Assembly: GCA_963809895.1 (NCBI GenBank)
Contig: CAWELD010000003.1
Span: forward strand, 2,240,001 to 2,304,000
Direction: 5' to 3'
DNA: 64,000 bases
DNA from: an uncultured Gemmatimonadales bacterium
Lineage (GTDB): Bacteria; Gemmatimonadota; Gemmatimonadetes; Longimicrobiales; Gaopeijiaceae
Made by a program: the position numbers and the translations under genes. Positions 52,280 through 61,805 of the stretch are shown one piece after another. The notes under the pieces are model-generated. The model saw only the letters and a list, made by a program, of their open reading frames with translations, made no database searches and was not told the DNA's origin. The stretch's first letter is position 1. Each line of letters starts with the position of its first letter.

Positions 52280-54136
52280 TCAGTCGCGTTCCACCAGGAC
52301 CGTGCGAGCCTCGTTGCGGGGCTCGTAGAAACGGTCGATGAGACGTTCGAAGCGCTCCTGCACCACCCTGCGCTTCACCTTCTGCGTGGGGGTGAGCGTA
52401 CCATTCTCGATGGTGAACTCCTCGGTCAGGAGCGCGAGCTTCTTGGGCCGCTCGTACCCCGAAAGGGGGCCGAGATGGTCCATGATCTCGTGCTCCATGA
52501 GGGCCTGGACCCTGGGCTCGTGGAGAAGCGCGTGCCGATCGGAAGCGACGATCCCCTGCCCCTTCGCCCAGCTCTCCAGCGCCCCGAACTCCGGCACCAC
52601 CAGGAGCGCCGGGAACTTGCGCTTGTCTCCCACCATCACCACCTGGTCCACGTAGGTATTGGAAAGGAGGCGATTCTCGATGGGCTGCGGCGCGATGTTC
52701 TTCCCACCCGCCGTGACGATCAGGTCCTTCTTGCGGTCGGTGATGCACAGGCAGCCGTCTTCGGCGATCTCGCCCACGTCACCGGTATGGAACCAACCCT
52801 CGTCGTCGATGACCTTGTCCGTCTGTTCCGGACGGTTGAAATAGCCCTTCATGACCTGGGGTCCCCGCACCAGGATCTCGCCGTCCTCCGCAATGCGGAT
52901 CTCCGTTCCGGCGACCACGGGTCCCACGGTCCCGATGTGAACGTGCTCCTCACGGTTCACGTTGGTGACCGGGCTGGTCTCCGTGAGGCCGTAGCCCTCG
53001 AGGATGACCAGTCCCACCGAATAGAAGAAGCGGTTGATGGCCGGCGACAGCGGGGCGCCGCCGCTGACGAAGAACCGGATGCGGCCTCCCACGCCCTCAC
53101 GAATCTGGCGGAAAACGATGCGGTCGGCCAGCGCGTACTGCGCCCGTACCAGCGCCGACGGCTCCCGGCCGCCGAGGCGGGCCTCGGCCCAGCGATCCGC
53201 CACGCGACGCGCCCATGCCACGATCCAGGCCTTCACGCCGCCCACTTCCCTGACCCGGGCGTAGACCTTCTCGTACAGGCGGGGCACGGACACGACGATG
53301 GTGGGCCGGATCACCAGCAGGTCTTCGGCCACCGTGTGGATGTCGTGTCCGTAGGCGACGGTGCAGCCCCGGGAGAGCAGCAGGTAGTCCACCATGCGCT
53401 GGAGCACGTGGCTCAGCGGCAGGAAGGAGAGCGTGACGTCGGCCGGACTCACGCTCAGCGCCTGGCCCGCCTGCCACACGTTGGCGTGCAGGTTGTCGTG
53501 GGTCAGCATGACGCCCTTGGGGTCACCGGTGGTCCCGGAGGTATAGAGAATCGTGGCCACGTCGCCGGGCTGGATCTCGCCGGCCCGGGCACGAAAGGCC
53601 TCCATGGGCCCCGAGCCCACCGCCTCGCGTCCGCGGGCCACAAGCTCCTTCCAGGTCAGGTCGGCCACGCCGTCGGTATCGTCGTCGAAGCCCACCAGGG
53701 TCACGTCCTGATCGACCAGGTCCGCCGCCTTGCGGGCCTTCTCGACCTCGCCGCGGGTGGATGCGAAGACGAGGCGGGCTCCGGAATCCCGCAACATGTA
53801 GGCGACCTGCTCGGGAATCAGCGTGCTGTAGACGGGCACGTCGATCACACCGGACAGCAGGCAGGCGTAATCCGCCAGCGACCACTCCGGACGGTTCTCC
53901 GACAGGATGGCGACCCGATCACCGGGTGAGATGCCCAGGGTCGTGAGGCCGTGGGCCACTTCGCGGGCCCGGATCAGGGCCTCGGCATACGAGATGTCGC
54001 GGGTCTGCTCGCCCTGGTCCACGAAGTAGCGGAAGGCAGGCGCGTCCTGGAAGCGGTCCACGGCGTCCAGAAACAGACCGCACAGCGTTCCACGGGGGAC
54101 CTCGACCTCGTTGGCCACGTAGGTGCGCTTTTCCAT
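52280..54136 (-). CDS. Long-chain fatty acid-CoA ligase (AMP-binding)
   Basis: YTSGTTGDPKG, SFLPLSH, EGYGLTET, GWFHTGD, LTPTQKVKR. Confidence 0.93.
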   Translation of the reverse strand: MEKRTYVANEVEVPRGTLCGLFLDAVDRFQDAPAFRYFVDQGEQTRDISYAEALIRAREVAHGLTTLGISPGDRVAILSENRPEWSLADYACLLSGVIDVPVYSTLIPEQVAYMLRDSGARLVFASTRGEVEKARKAADLVDQDVTLVGFDDDTDGVADLTWKELVARGREAVGSGPMEAFRARAGEIQPGDVATILYTSGTTGDPKGVMLTHDNLHANVWQAGQALSVSPADVTLSFLPLSHVLQRMVDYLLLSRGCTVAYGHDIHTVAEDLLVIRPTIVVSVPRLYEKVYARVREVGGVKAWIVAWARRVADRWAEARLGGREPSALVRAQYALADRIVFRQIREGVGGRIRFFVSGGAPLSPAINRFFYSVGLVILEGYGLTETSPVTNVNREEHVHIGTVGPVVAGTEIRIAEDGEILVRGPQVMKGYFNRPEQTDKVIDDEGWFHTGDVGEIAEDGCLCITDRKKDLIVTAGGKNIAPQPIENRLLSNTYVDQVVMVGDKRKFPALLVVPEFGALESWAKGQGIVASDRHALLHEPRVQALMEHEIMDHLGPLSGYERPKKLALLTEEFTIENGTLTPTQKVKRRVVQERFERLIDRFYEPRNEARTVLVERD

Positions 54137-54170
54137 GGAGGTCTCCCGTCGGCACGGAGGGCCGGTCCGA

Positions 54171-54581
54171 TCACATGCGACGGATCCGGATCTCCACGTC
54201 CAGGTCGGTTCGCAGCGTGTGGAGAACGCTGCAGTACTTGTCACGAGACAGCGCCACGGCCCGCTCCAGACGCGTCTGGTGCTCCTCGCCGGGACCCCGC
54301 ACGCGATACTCCAGCCGCAGCGCGGTGTACCGGCGCGGCGACGTATCGGGGCGGTCGCCGTCCACCACCACCTCCAGCTCCTCCACCGGCACGCGGGCCT
54401 TCTGGAGGATCAGCACCACGTCGATCCCCATGCACCCGGCCAGGGAGATGAGCAGGAAGTCCATGGGAGACGGTGCGGCGCCGCCTTTCCCGTCCAACAG
54501 AACGCTGGGACCACCCTCGGGTCCGCCACGGAACTGCTCGCCCTCGCCGGTCCACCGGAGCAGGACCCGCTTAGATGCCAA
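54171..54581 (-). CDS. OsmC-family protein
   Basis: SPMDFLLISLAGC and KYCSV. Start uncertain (TTG 54581 or GTG 54608). Confidence 0.85.
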   Translation of the reverse strand: MASKRVLLRWTGEGEQFRGGPEGGPSVLLDGKGGAAPSPMDFLLISLAGCMGIDVVLILQKARVPVEELEVVVDGDRPDTSPRRYTALRLEYRVRGPGEEHQTRLERAVALSRDKYCSVLHTLRTDLDVEIRIRRM

Positions 54582-55035
54582 GGGAGCCCTCCTCCTCGTC
54601 TTCGGCACCGGCCGGCGCGCCGCCCTCGCCGGTGATCTCCGCCAATGTCGCGCGGGCGTGCTCCACGTGCTCGCCCGCCGCCGGGTCCCGGGGCGCGTGG
54701 GCCAGGAACGCCCTCAGATGACGCACGGCCTGCTCCTGCTCACCTCCGTGCAGATAGAGGAAGGCGAGGCCGTAGTGCGCGCCCGGCGCGTCGGGATCGC
54801 TCCGCAGGACGTGCCGATAGGTCTTGGCGGCCTCTTCGGTCATGCCGATACGGGTGTAGGCGATGGCGATCTGCTGAAGCACCACCGGATCCCCGGGGGA
54901 CTCCTTGAGAGCCAACCGGAACGACGTCAGCGCCTCGTGGAACTTGCCGTCCGTGAGGAGCTCCAGCCCCTCCTCGTAGTAATCCACTCGGTGCTGGTCG
55001 CCCGAGCTTCCGAAGAGCTTGTTCCACCAGGACAT
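54571..55035 (-). CDS. Tetratricopeptide repeat protein
   Basis: Three TPR-like units (YYEEG, AIAY...G, AHYGLA). Confidence 0.85.
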   Translation of the reverse strand: MSWWNKLFGSSGDQHRVDYYEEGLELLTDGKFHEALTSFRLALKESPGDPVVLQQIAIAYTRIGMTEEAAKTYRHVLRSDPDAPGAHYGLAFLYLHGGEQEQAVRHLRAFLAHAPRDPAAGEHVEHARATLAEITGEGGAPAGAEDEEEGSLGI

Positions 55036-55147
55036 GGGCGCGGGGGGATCCGTGGCGTGGGAGGAGCGGTCCGGACCCGGGCGAGCCCCGGGTCGGGGGT
55101 GGCATCAACCTAACCGGGGCCTCGTAAGCGCGGCAACGCAGGGGCGT

Positions 55148-55774
55148 TCAGCGTGCCGCCACCAGGATCCCCGGGCCCGCCACCGTCTCGGGCAGACCCA
55201 CCGCGGCCAACCGGTCCGCGAGATCGGGCTCGGGATCGAGCACCACCACGCGGTGGCGGGGGGCCAGGATGCGGGCCGCCTCGGCAAGGACCTCGTCGGG
55301 CGGCCCGCCGTGGAGGACCACGCCGCGGATCACGCCGTCGAAGAAGGGCAGGCCCGGAGCGGCGGTCATGCGGTTGATACGGGGAGCCTCCGGCCAGGCT
55401 CGCGTGCGTGCGTCCAGGGCCACCAGCTCCACCTCGGCCAGCGCCTTGCTGAGCGGCAGGGCCACACCGACCGCCTCGCCCACCAGGACGGTGACCCCGG
55501 CGCCCTCGGCCGCCCCCAGCGCCGCCGCCACCGCGGCGACGGTGTCGGCCCCGACGGGAGCGGGATCGGCTGCCACCTCCGGCTCCAGCGCCGCGCGCGG
55601 CGGGGCGCGCAGGTCGCCGAACCCCTCACGGACCGGGAAGCGGTCACGACAGTTCGGGCACCCCAGCGCTCCCTCCAGCACCCGGCGCTCCTCCATGCGG
55701 TCGGCCAGCAGGATCAGGCCGAAACGGGGGCCGCAGCGGGGGCAGGTGAGGCGGTCCGTGAGGAGGATGTGCAC
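55148..55774 (-). CDS. Trm112-like zinc-ribbon protein fused to a degenerate methyltransferase-like fold
   Basis: LTCPRC...EGALGCPNC...FPVREG. Later LVALD, LPF.DG, EAARILAP; no GxGxG motif I. Confidence 0.72.
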   Translation of the reverse strand: MHILLTDRLTCPRCGPRFGLILLADRMEERRVLEGALGCPNCRDRFPVREGFGDLRAPPRAALEPEVAADPAPVGADTVAAVAAALGAAEGAGVTVLVGEAVGVALPLSKALAEVELVALDARTRAWPEAPRINRMTAAPGLPFFDGVIRGVVLHGGPPDEVLAEAARILAPRHRVVVLDPEPDLADRLAAVGLPETVAGPGILVAAR

Positions 55775-55780
55775 GCCGTG

Positions 55781-56203
55781 TCAGGCCCCTTCCTGCATGG
55801 AGGGCGCCCGGTGGGCGGGTACCGTCACCGGGCGTTCGCTGTACTGCGCCCACTGCATGGGCGTCTCCCAGACGCGGGTGTACAGGAGACCGTCGGCCAA
55901 CGTCGGGGGCAGGCGCTTCTTGAGCTCGTCGAAGAACCAGCGAGCCTGGTTTTCGGCGCTGGTCTCCACGGACTCGAACGCCGGAAGATCGTTCAGGTTG
56001 TAGTGGTCCAGCTCTTCGGCCAGCGCCCTGAGCTCCCGCTTCAGGTCCACGAAGTCGTAGGCGATGCCGGACTCGTCCAGCTCCTCGGCCTGGAGCGCCG
56101 CCTCCACCACGTAGCGGTGACCGTGCAGACGCTCGCACTTGCCCTTGTAGTGGCGCAGGAAGTGGGCGGCGTCGTAGTGGGCCTGAACACTGACGGTGTA
56201 CAT
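55781..56203 (-). CDS. queD: 6-carboxytetrahydropterin synthase (PTPS-I/QueD type)
   Basis: YDAAH, CERLHGH (CX3HGH), DF, LDH..LN, TSAEN, WET. Confidence 0.82.
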   Translation of the reverse strand: MYTVSVQAHYDAAHFLRHYKGKCERLHGHRYVVEAALQAEELDESGIAYDFVDLKRELRALAEELDHYNLNDLPAFESVETSAENQARWFFDELKKRLPPTLADGLLYTRVWETPMQWAQYSERPVTVPAHRAPSMQEGA

Positions 56204-56209
56204 GAAGGA

Positions 56210-56941
56210 CTACCCTCGCTCGATCTGCAGAAGGGGGATGCGCACGTGGAGGGGGCGCGTGAGCACGAACTCGACGGCGTCGGCCACGTCGTCGGGCCGG
56301 AGCATGGCGTCACGGTCCGGAAGGCCCGGGACCCGCGCGGCATCCACGGCGTCCCACAGCGGCGTGTCGGTGGCGGCGGGCTCGATGAGCGTCGCACCGA
56401 CGCCGGTTCCGCGAAGCTCCTCCACCAGGACCTCGTGGAGGCCGCGGAGCCCGAACTTGGAGGCGGCATAGGCGGCATTGCCGGGCAGGGCGCGCCGGCC
56501 CGCCACCGACCCCAGATTCACGATCCGCCCACGGTTCCGTTCCAGGAGGGCCGGCAGCAGCGTCCGCACGACCAGGAAGCTCCCTCTGAGGTTCACGGCG
56601 ATCTGGCGATCGAAGTCGGCCACCGAGGTCTCGGCGAAGGGAGCCAGGGAGAAGGCGCCCGCGGCGTTGACGATCGCGTCGGGCGGACCACCGAGCTGCT
56701 CCTGCAGGCCCTCCACGGCCGCCCACACCTCGGCGTCGTCGGTGAGGTCCGCGGGCCATGGCGCACCCCCCGAGCTCGTGGCGAGGTCCTCGACCGGGGC
56801 CGGGTCGCGGCACAGCACGTGAACGCGCGCCCCACCCTCGGCCAACCGACGGACCACCGCTTCGCCGATCCCCCGGCTCCCGCCGGTGACCAGCACCGTC
56901 CCGCCGCTCAGCTCCACCGGCTGCTTCTCCGGTCCGCGCAC
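56210..56941 (-). CDS. SDR oxidoreductase, candidate sepiapterin reductase
   Basis: TGGSRGIG, YAASKFGLRGL, PAATDTPLW. Located between folE and a PTPS gene. Confidence 0.75.
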   Translation of the reverse strand: MRGPEKQPVELSGGTVLVTGGSRGIGEAVVRRLAEGGARVHVLCRDPAPVEDLATSSGGAPWPADLTDDAEVWAAVEGLQEQLGGPPDAIVNAAGAFSLAPFAETSVADFDRQIAVNLRGSFLVVRTLLPALLERNRGRIVNLGSVAGRRALPGNAAYAASKFGLRGLHEVLVEELRGTGVGATLIEPAATDTPLWDAVDAARVPGLPDRDAMLRPDDVADAVEFVLTRPLHVRIPLLQIERG

Positions 56942-56948
56942 GCGTGTC

Positions 56949-57587
56949 TCACGACAGGGGGTGATGCGTGGCCATGGAGAGCCGCAGGAACTCGTCCCGG
57001 GTCCGGGGATCCTCGAGGAAGGCGCCCCGCATGGCCGACGTGATGGTCTTGGAGTTCTGCTTCTGCACGCCTCGCATCATCATGCACAGATGGTAGGCCT
57101 CCACCACCACGCCCACCCCCTGCGGCTGGATGATGTCCCACAGGGCCTGGGCGATCTGCTCGGTGAGACGCTCCTGGACCTGGAAGCGGCGGCTGAACAC
57201 CTCCACCAGCCGGGCGGTCTTCGAGAGCCCCATGATCTGGCCGTCGGGGATGTAGGCGACGTGCACCTTGCCGAAGAAGGGCAGCAGATGGTGCTCGCAC
57301 AGCGAGTACATCTCGATGTCCTTCACGAGCACCATGTTGTGGTGATGCTCTTCGAAGAGCGCATCGCCGATGACCCTCTCCGGCGACGACTCGTAGCCGT
57401 GCGTGAGAAAGCGCATGGCCTTCTCCACGCGCTCCGGAGTCTTGACCATCCCCTCGCGCTCCGGATCGTCACCCAGACGGCGGATCATCTCGGCCACGAG
57501 GTCGGTGAAGGCCACGCCGGAGAGGTCCGGGCGGGTCGAGCCGGCACCGTGGGCCGTCGTTCCTTTGTTCGTCGTCGTTTCGGGCAC
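56949..57587 (-). CDS. folE: GTP cyclohydrolase I
   Basis: TPERV, SLCEHHLLPFFG, GLSK, QVQERLT, HLCMMMRG. Start at GTG 57587 (GAGGAG RBS) or GTG 57617. Confidence 0.95.
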   Translation of the reverse strand: MPETTTNKGTTAHGAGSTRPDLSGVAFTDLVAEMIRRLGDDPEREGMVKTPERVEKAMRFLTHGYESSPERVIGDALFEEHHHNMVLVKDIEMYSLCEHHLLPFFGKVHVAYIPDGQIMGLSKTARLVEVFSRRFQVQERLTEQIAQALWDIIQPQGVGVVVEAYHLCMMMRGVQKQNSKTITSAMRGAFLEDPRTRDEFLRLSMATHHPLS

Positions 57588-57613
57588 CTCTATCTCCTCT
57601 ACCGACGGGGAGC

Positions 57614-58030
57614 TCACTCCCCGGAGTATTCCACGTAGTTGCGGGGCGTCTCCCACAGCAGCAAGCGCTCCAGGGCGACCCCGTCCGGCATGCGATCCAC
57701 CAGGCGCTCCCACACGGCCACGACCAGGTTCTCGGTGGTGGGAATACGGCCTCCCATCCAGGGCACCTCGAGGTTGAGGTTGCGGTGGTCCACGTCGTCC
57801 ACCACCTGCTCCTGGACGAGCTCCTTGAGCGCCTTCAGGTCCAGCACGTATCCGGTCTCGTCGTCCACGTCGCCGGACACCGTGACGTCGAGCTCGTAGT
57901 TGTGGCCGTGCCAGTTGGGGTTGGAGCAGGCACCGAAGACGTCGGCGTTGCGCTCGTCGGACCAGTCGGGACGAAAGAGGCGGTGTGCCGCGCTGAAATG
58001 GACTCGGCGGGTGACCCTGACTCGGGGCAT
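57614..58030 (-). CDS. 6-pyruvoyltetrahydropterin synthase, PTPS-II (biopterin) type
   Basis: FSAAHRL...N..VFGACSNPNWHGHNY (CX5HGH), DHRNLN, PTTEN, ET..N. ATG at 58030 with GGAG RBS. Confidence 0.85.
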   Translation of the reverse strand: MPRVRVTRRVHFSAAHRLFRPDWSDERNADVFGACSNPNWHGHNYELDVTVSGDVDDETGYVLDLKALKELVQEQVVDDVDHRNLNLEVPWMGGRIPTTENLVVAVWERLVDRMPDGVALERLLLWETPRNYVEYSGE

Positions 58031-58145
58031 GCTGCTCCACTCCTGGAAGGCCGTAGCGGACGCGCCGGACGGCGAGAAGATACCCCGCCCCCGACCGGCT
58101 GCATGCTTACCCACCCTGCTGCAAATCGGTCCCGCCCGAAGCGGA

Positions 58146-58177
58146 GGAGCCGGCGCCCCCACGGGGACGCCGGCTCC
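58146..58177 (-). terminator. GC-rich hairpin after the BNR-repeat gene
   Basis: GGAGCCGGCG/CGCCGGCTCC 10-bp stem. No U-tract. Confidence 0.4.
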
Positions 58178-58206
58178 GGACCGCGCACGGTGGTGACGAC
58201 GGCGCC

Positions 58207-61200
58207 TCAGGACACCAGCCGCACCCGGATCTTGGACTCGTCGACGATGATGCGCGGACCGTCGGGGCCGAGCCTTTCGTTGAGCTGACGAATGGTGGTG
58301 TTCCACACCTGCCAGACGGCATCGATGGCCTCCTGGGCTTCGGTGTGGACCTCCCGCAGCCGCAGCATCTGCGGGTCGGTGGGCGGCGCCTCCACCCCCG
58401 AGATGGAGCGCGTCAGCGAGCGAACCTCCTCGCGCACCCGGGGACGTTGCCGGTACCCCATGTTGGGCGGGGGCCTGCGCAGCAGCGAATCGGTCACCTG
58501 CGCCATTTCGGCCCGGGCCCGCGCCACGTCGTCGCGTAGATCCGCGGCGCCCGGCAGCGCCCCGGGCTCGTCGCGGAGCGTCTCGTCGAGGGCGTCGAGC
58601 TGCTGGAGCACGCTCTCGGCCACGCCGACGGCGCCGTCCACCTGTCCCGCGAGCTCGCCCAGCGACGTCACCGCCTCGAACTGCGCGCGGTAGTCCGCGG
58701 CGGTCATCTCCACCCTGGGATCCCCGCGCACCTCCACCGACCGGGACTTCTCCCAGCCCGGCCCCACCAGCGCCACCGTGTACGTGCCCGGAACCGCCGT
58801 GGGTCCACCGCCCCCGAAGAACCCACCGCCGCCGCCCTGTCCGCCGGCCGGATCGTCGTAGCGCAGGTCCCAGGTGACCCGGTTGAGCCCCACCCTGGGC
58901 TCGCGCACCGGGAGCGTACGAACGGTGTCACCGGCCCCGTCGCGGACTTCGACCCGCAGCCCGCCGTCGGGGACCGACGCCAGGTAGAAGTTCACCATGG
59001 CGCCGTAGTCCGGGTTCGGCGCCGCGTACGCGCGCTGGCCCTGGTTGGCGTCGGTTCCGGCCATCTCCCACCGGGTCGCCCGCCGGACCGGAAAGAGATA
59101 GGGAGCCTCGTCCAGCGCACGGGGCAGATCCTGCAGCACCCTGGCGTCGTCCAGGACGTACGCGCCCCGGCCGTGGGTGCCCAGCACCAGATCGTCGTAG
59201 TCCGGCTGCATCTGGATGTCGCGCACCGAGACCGGAGGCAGATCGGCGCCTCGCAGGTCGTGCCAGCTCGAACCCCGGTCGAAGGAGACCTGGAGCCCCC
59301 TCTCCATTCCCACGTAGAGGATGTCCGGGTCGGTGAGGTCCTCGCGGATCACCTTCACGTAGTCGTCCTGGGGCAATCCCTCCGCCAGGCTCCGCCAGGT
59401 CGCGCCGTAGTCGTCGGTGACGAAGGCGCTGGGCGCGAAGTCGTCCATCTGGTGATTGTCGACGGCGATGTAGGCCCGCCCACCCTCGAAATTCGACGCG
59501 TCCACCTTGGCGATCCACGCTTCATCGCGCAGGCCGGCGCGCTTCAGGTTGTCGGTGACGTCGGTCCAGCTCTCGCCGCCGTCGCGGGTCACGTGCACCA
59601 GCCCGTCGTCGCTTCCCGTCCAGATGACGCCGGCCTCCACCGGCGACTCCTCGATGGTCAGGATGGTGGTGTGGAACTCGGCCGCCGTGTTGTCGAGATA
59701 GATCTCCCCGCCGGAATCCAGCTGCTTCTCCGGGTCGTCGGTGGTGAGGTCCGGGCTGATCACGTCCCAGGACTGGCCGAAGTCGGTGCTCCGGAAGACC
59801 ACGTTGCCGCCGAAGTACACGGTGGCGGGATCGTGGGGCGAGATGTGGATGGGCGCGTTCCAGTTGAAGCGGTACTCGTGGTTCACCATGGCGTCTCCCG
59901 CCGACCCCACGATCTTCGGGTACGGATGGATGCGCCGCGCGGCTCCGGTGCGGGTGTCCACCAGGGCGATGTTGCCGCCCTGGGAGTTGGTGTAGACCAG
60001 CCACGGCATGCCGGGCACCGACTGGCTGTAGAAGCCGTCGCCGCCGGAAAGGTTGAACCAATCGTCCTTCAGGATCCCTTCGCTGTGCAGCGAGTTGGAG
60101 GGACCGCACCAGTTGCCGTTGTCCTGCAGCCCGCCGCACACCCAGTACGGATCCCGGTCGTCGACGTCGATCTGGTAGAACTGGGACAGCGTCACGGTGT
60201 TCAGGATGTCGAAGGTCTCCCCTCCGTCCAGCGACACCTGGAATCCCCCGTCACTCCCCGAGAGGTAGCGCTGTGAATCCTGGGGATCGATCCAGAACGA
60301 CTGATGATCGCCGTGCACGTCGCGGGCGATGCGCTGAAAGGTGCGTCCGCCGTCCGTGGACTTCGACAAGCCCCCGGACAGGGTGATCAGCACCTCGGGG
60401 TTGGTGGGGTCCACCCTCAGATCCGAATAGTAGAACGGGCGGAAGTTGATGTCCCTGGAGTCGTTCACCGTGCGCCAACTCTGACCCCGGTCGTCGGAGC
60501 GCCACAGCTGACCCTGGGTGCGCGTCTCGGAGATGAGGTAGACCGTTTCCGGCGCACTCTGGGCCACCGCCACGCCGATGCGGGCCATGGGCTCGGTGGG
60601 CATCCCCGGCCGATGGGCCAGCGACTGCCAGGTCTCCCCCCCGTCGCTGCTACGCCACAGGGCGGTCTCGCCGCCACCGTCGTCGAAGCGCCAGGGCCGG
60701 CGCCGGAAGGTCCACATGCCCGCGTACAGGACGCGCGGGTTGGAGGCTTCGAGGTCCAGGTCGCTGCAGCCGGTGTCCTCGTCCACGTACAGGACCTTGT
60801 CCCAGGTCGCCCCGGCGTCGGTCGTGCGGAAGACCCCGCGTTCCGGGTTGGGTCCCCAGGCGCGGCCCAGGGCGCACACCCACGCGACATCCGGATCGTC
60901 CGGATGCACGCGGATACGCTTGATGCGCTCGGTCCCGTCCAGGCCGAGATAGCTCCAGGTGTCCCCACCGTCGGTGGATCGGTACACCCCGTTGCCGTAG
61001 GAGGAGGAGTTGCGGGGATCCCCCTCGCCGCTCCCGAGCCAGATCACGTTGGGATCGGAGGGTGCCACGGCCAGCGCCCCCACGGAGTAGACCGGCTGGT
61101 CCGTGAAGAGGGCCTCGAAGGTCGTGCCCCCGTTGCGGGTCCGGAACACGCCGCCGTCGGCACCTCCCACGTAGAAGGTGCGCGGGTCGCCCGCCACCCC

Positions 61201-61371
61201 TTCGATGGCGCTCACCCGGCCGCCCATGTTGGTGGGCCCCAGGGGACGCCACTCCAGTTGGGCCAACGCCGTGGACATGGGGTCCCGGGCATCCTGCGCC
61301 AGGACCGGCGGGGGCGAGAAGAACGCCGGAGTGAGGGTCAGGACCAAGAGAAGCCGTCGGGGAATACGCAT
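58207..61371 (-). CDS. Secreted VPS10/sortilin-like BNR-repeat beta-propeller protein (putative glycosyl hydrolase), 1054 aa
   Basis: Signal peptide. WRPLGP.NMGGRV, repeated SxDGGxTW Asp-boxes, GGLQDNG, RFNWNAP, LGTHGRG. Confidence 0.9.
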   Translation of the reverse strand: MRIPRRLLLVLTLTPAFFSPPPVLAQDARDPMSTALAQLEWRPLGPTNMGGRVSAIEGVAGDPRTFYVGGADGGVFRTRNGGTTFEALFTDQPVYSVGALAVAPSDPNVIWLGSGEGDPRNSSSYGNGVYRSTDGGDTWSYLGLDGTERIKRIRVHPDDPDVAWVCALGRAWGPNPERGVFRTTDAGATWDKVLYVDEDTGCSDLDLEASNPRVLYAGMWTFRRRPWRFDDGGGETALWRSSDGGETWQSLAHRPGMPTEPMARIGVAVAQSAPETVYLISETRTQGQLWRSDDRGQSWRTVNDSRDINFRPFYYSDLRVDPTNPEVLITLSGGLSKSTDGGRTFQRIARDVHGDHQSFWIDPQDSQRYLSGSDGGFQVSLDGGETFDILNTVTLSQFYQIDVDDRDPYWVCGGLQDNGNWCGPSNSLHSEGILKDDWFNLSGGDGFYSQSVPGMPWLVYTNSQGGNIALVDTRTGAARRIHPYPKIVGSAGDAMVNHEYRFNWNAPIHISPHDPATVYFGGNVVFRSTDFGQSWDVISPDLTTDDPEKQLDSGGEIYLDNTAAEFHTTILTIEESPVEAGVIWTGSDDGLVHVTRDGGESWTDVTDNLKRAGLRDEAWIAKVDASNFEGGRAYIAVDNHQMDDFAPSAFVTDDYGATWRSLAEGLPQDDYVKVIREDLTDPDILYVGMERGLQVSFDRGSSWHDLRGADLPPVSVRDIQMQPDYDDLVLGTHGRGAYVLDDARVLQDLPRALDEAPYLFPVRRATRWEMAGTDANQGQRAYAAPNPDYGAMVNFYLASVPDGGLRVEVRDGAGDTVRTLPVREPRVGLNRVTWDLRYDDPAGGQGGGGGFFGGGGPTAVPGTYTVALVGPGWEKSRSVEVRGDPRVEMTAADYRAQFEAVTSLGELAGQVDGAVGVAESVLQQLDALDETLRDEPGALPGAADLRDDVARARAEMAQVTDSLLRRPPPNMGYRQRPRVREEVRSLTRSISGVEAPPTDPQMLRLREVHTEAQEAIDAVWQVWNTTIRQLNERLGPDGPRIIVDESKIRVRLVS

Positions 61372-61484
61372 GACTCGGCTCCGTGCGGGGATTCGCCAGC
61401 GCGCCGTCCCGGGAGGGCGGCGCCGGAACGGAAGCAACGTGCGCCTCTCGAGCCCCGCGGGCAAATCCCGTCCTCACCAGCACG

Positions 61485-61526
61485 AGAAACGGGGCCGGCG
61501 CTCCCTGACGGGTGGCGCCGGCCCCG
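61485..61526 (-). terminator. Rho-independent terminator after the 6S-like RNA
   Basis: 12-bp stem 61490-61501/61515-61526 followed by TTTCT on the minus strand. Confidence 0.72.
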
Positions 61527-61529
61527 AAA

Positions 61530-61679
61530 CGCACCGGAGGGGTTTTATTGAAGCCCGGGCAGTATTGATGGTGACCTCCCCGCAACTTCCGTCTTCCTTC
61601 ATCGAGGCGTGACGTCCATCTCGGGAGTCAGTCCCGGCTTCTCTTGTGTTGGCTCAATAATGATGGCCCTCCGGTACGC
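61530..61679 (-). ncRNA. ssrS: Probable 6S RNA
   Basis: Rod-like fold: CGUACCGGAGGG/CCCUCCGGUGCG closing stem, UAUUGAGCC/GGCUUCAAUA stem, A-rich central bubble AACACAAGAGAAG, inner UGACUCCCG/CGGGGAGGUCA stem. Own promoter and terminator. Confidence 0.7.
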
Positions 61680-61684
61680 ACTCC

Positions 61685-61714
61685 AATATACCGGGGGGCA
61701 GGGGGGCGGGTAAA
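61685..61714 (-). promoter_or_regulatory. sigma70-type promoter for the 6S-like RNA
   Basis: TTTACC-N18-TATATT, about 5 nt upstream of the closing stem. Confidence 0.6.
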
Positions 61715-61767
61715 GCGATCCCCCACGGATTTCAGGGGTAGCCAGGACGTCGTGTCCGCTCCCGGCG

Positions 61768-61797
61768 TTGACATTTCGCCCGGCGCGCCCCTAGCCT
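61768..61797 (+). promoter_or_regulatory. sigma70-type promoter of the metal-uptake operon
   Basis: TTGACA(61768-73)-N18-TAGCCT(61792-97), 8 nt before ATG 61806. Confidence 0.62.
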
Positions 61798-61805
61798 GGT
61801 CGTTC

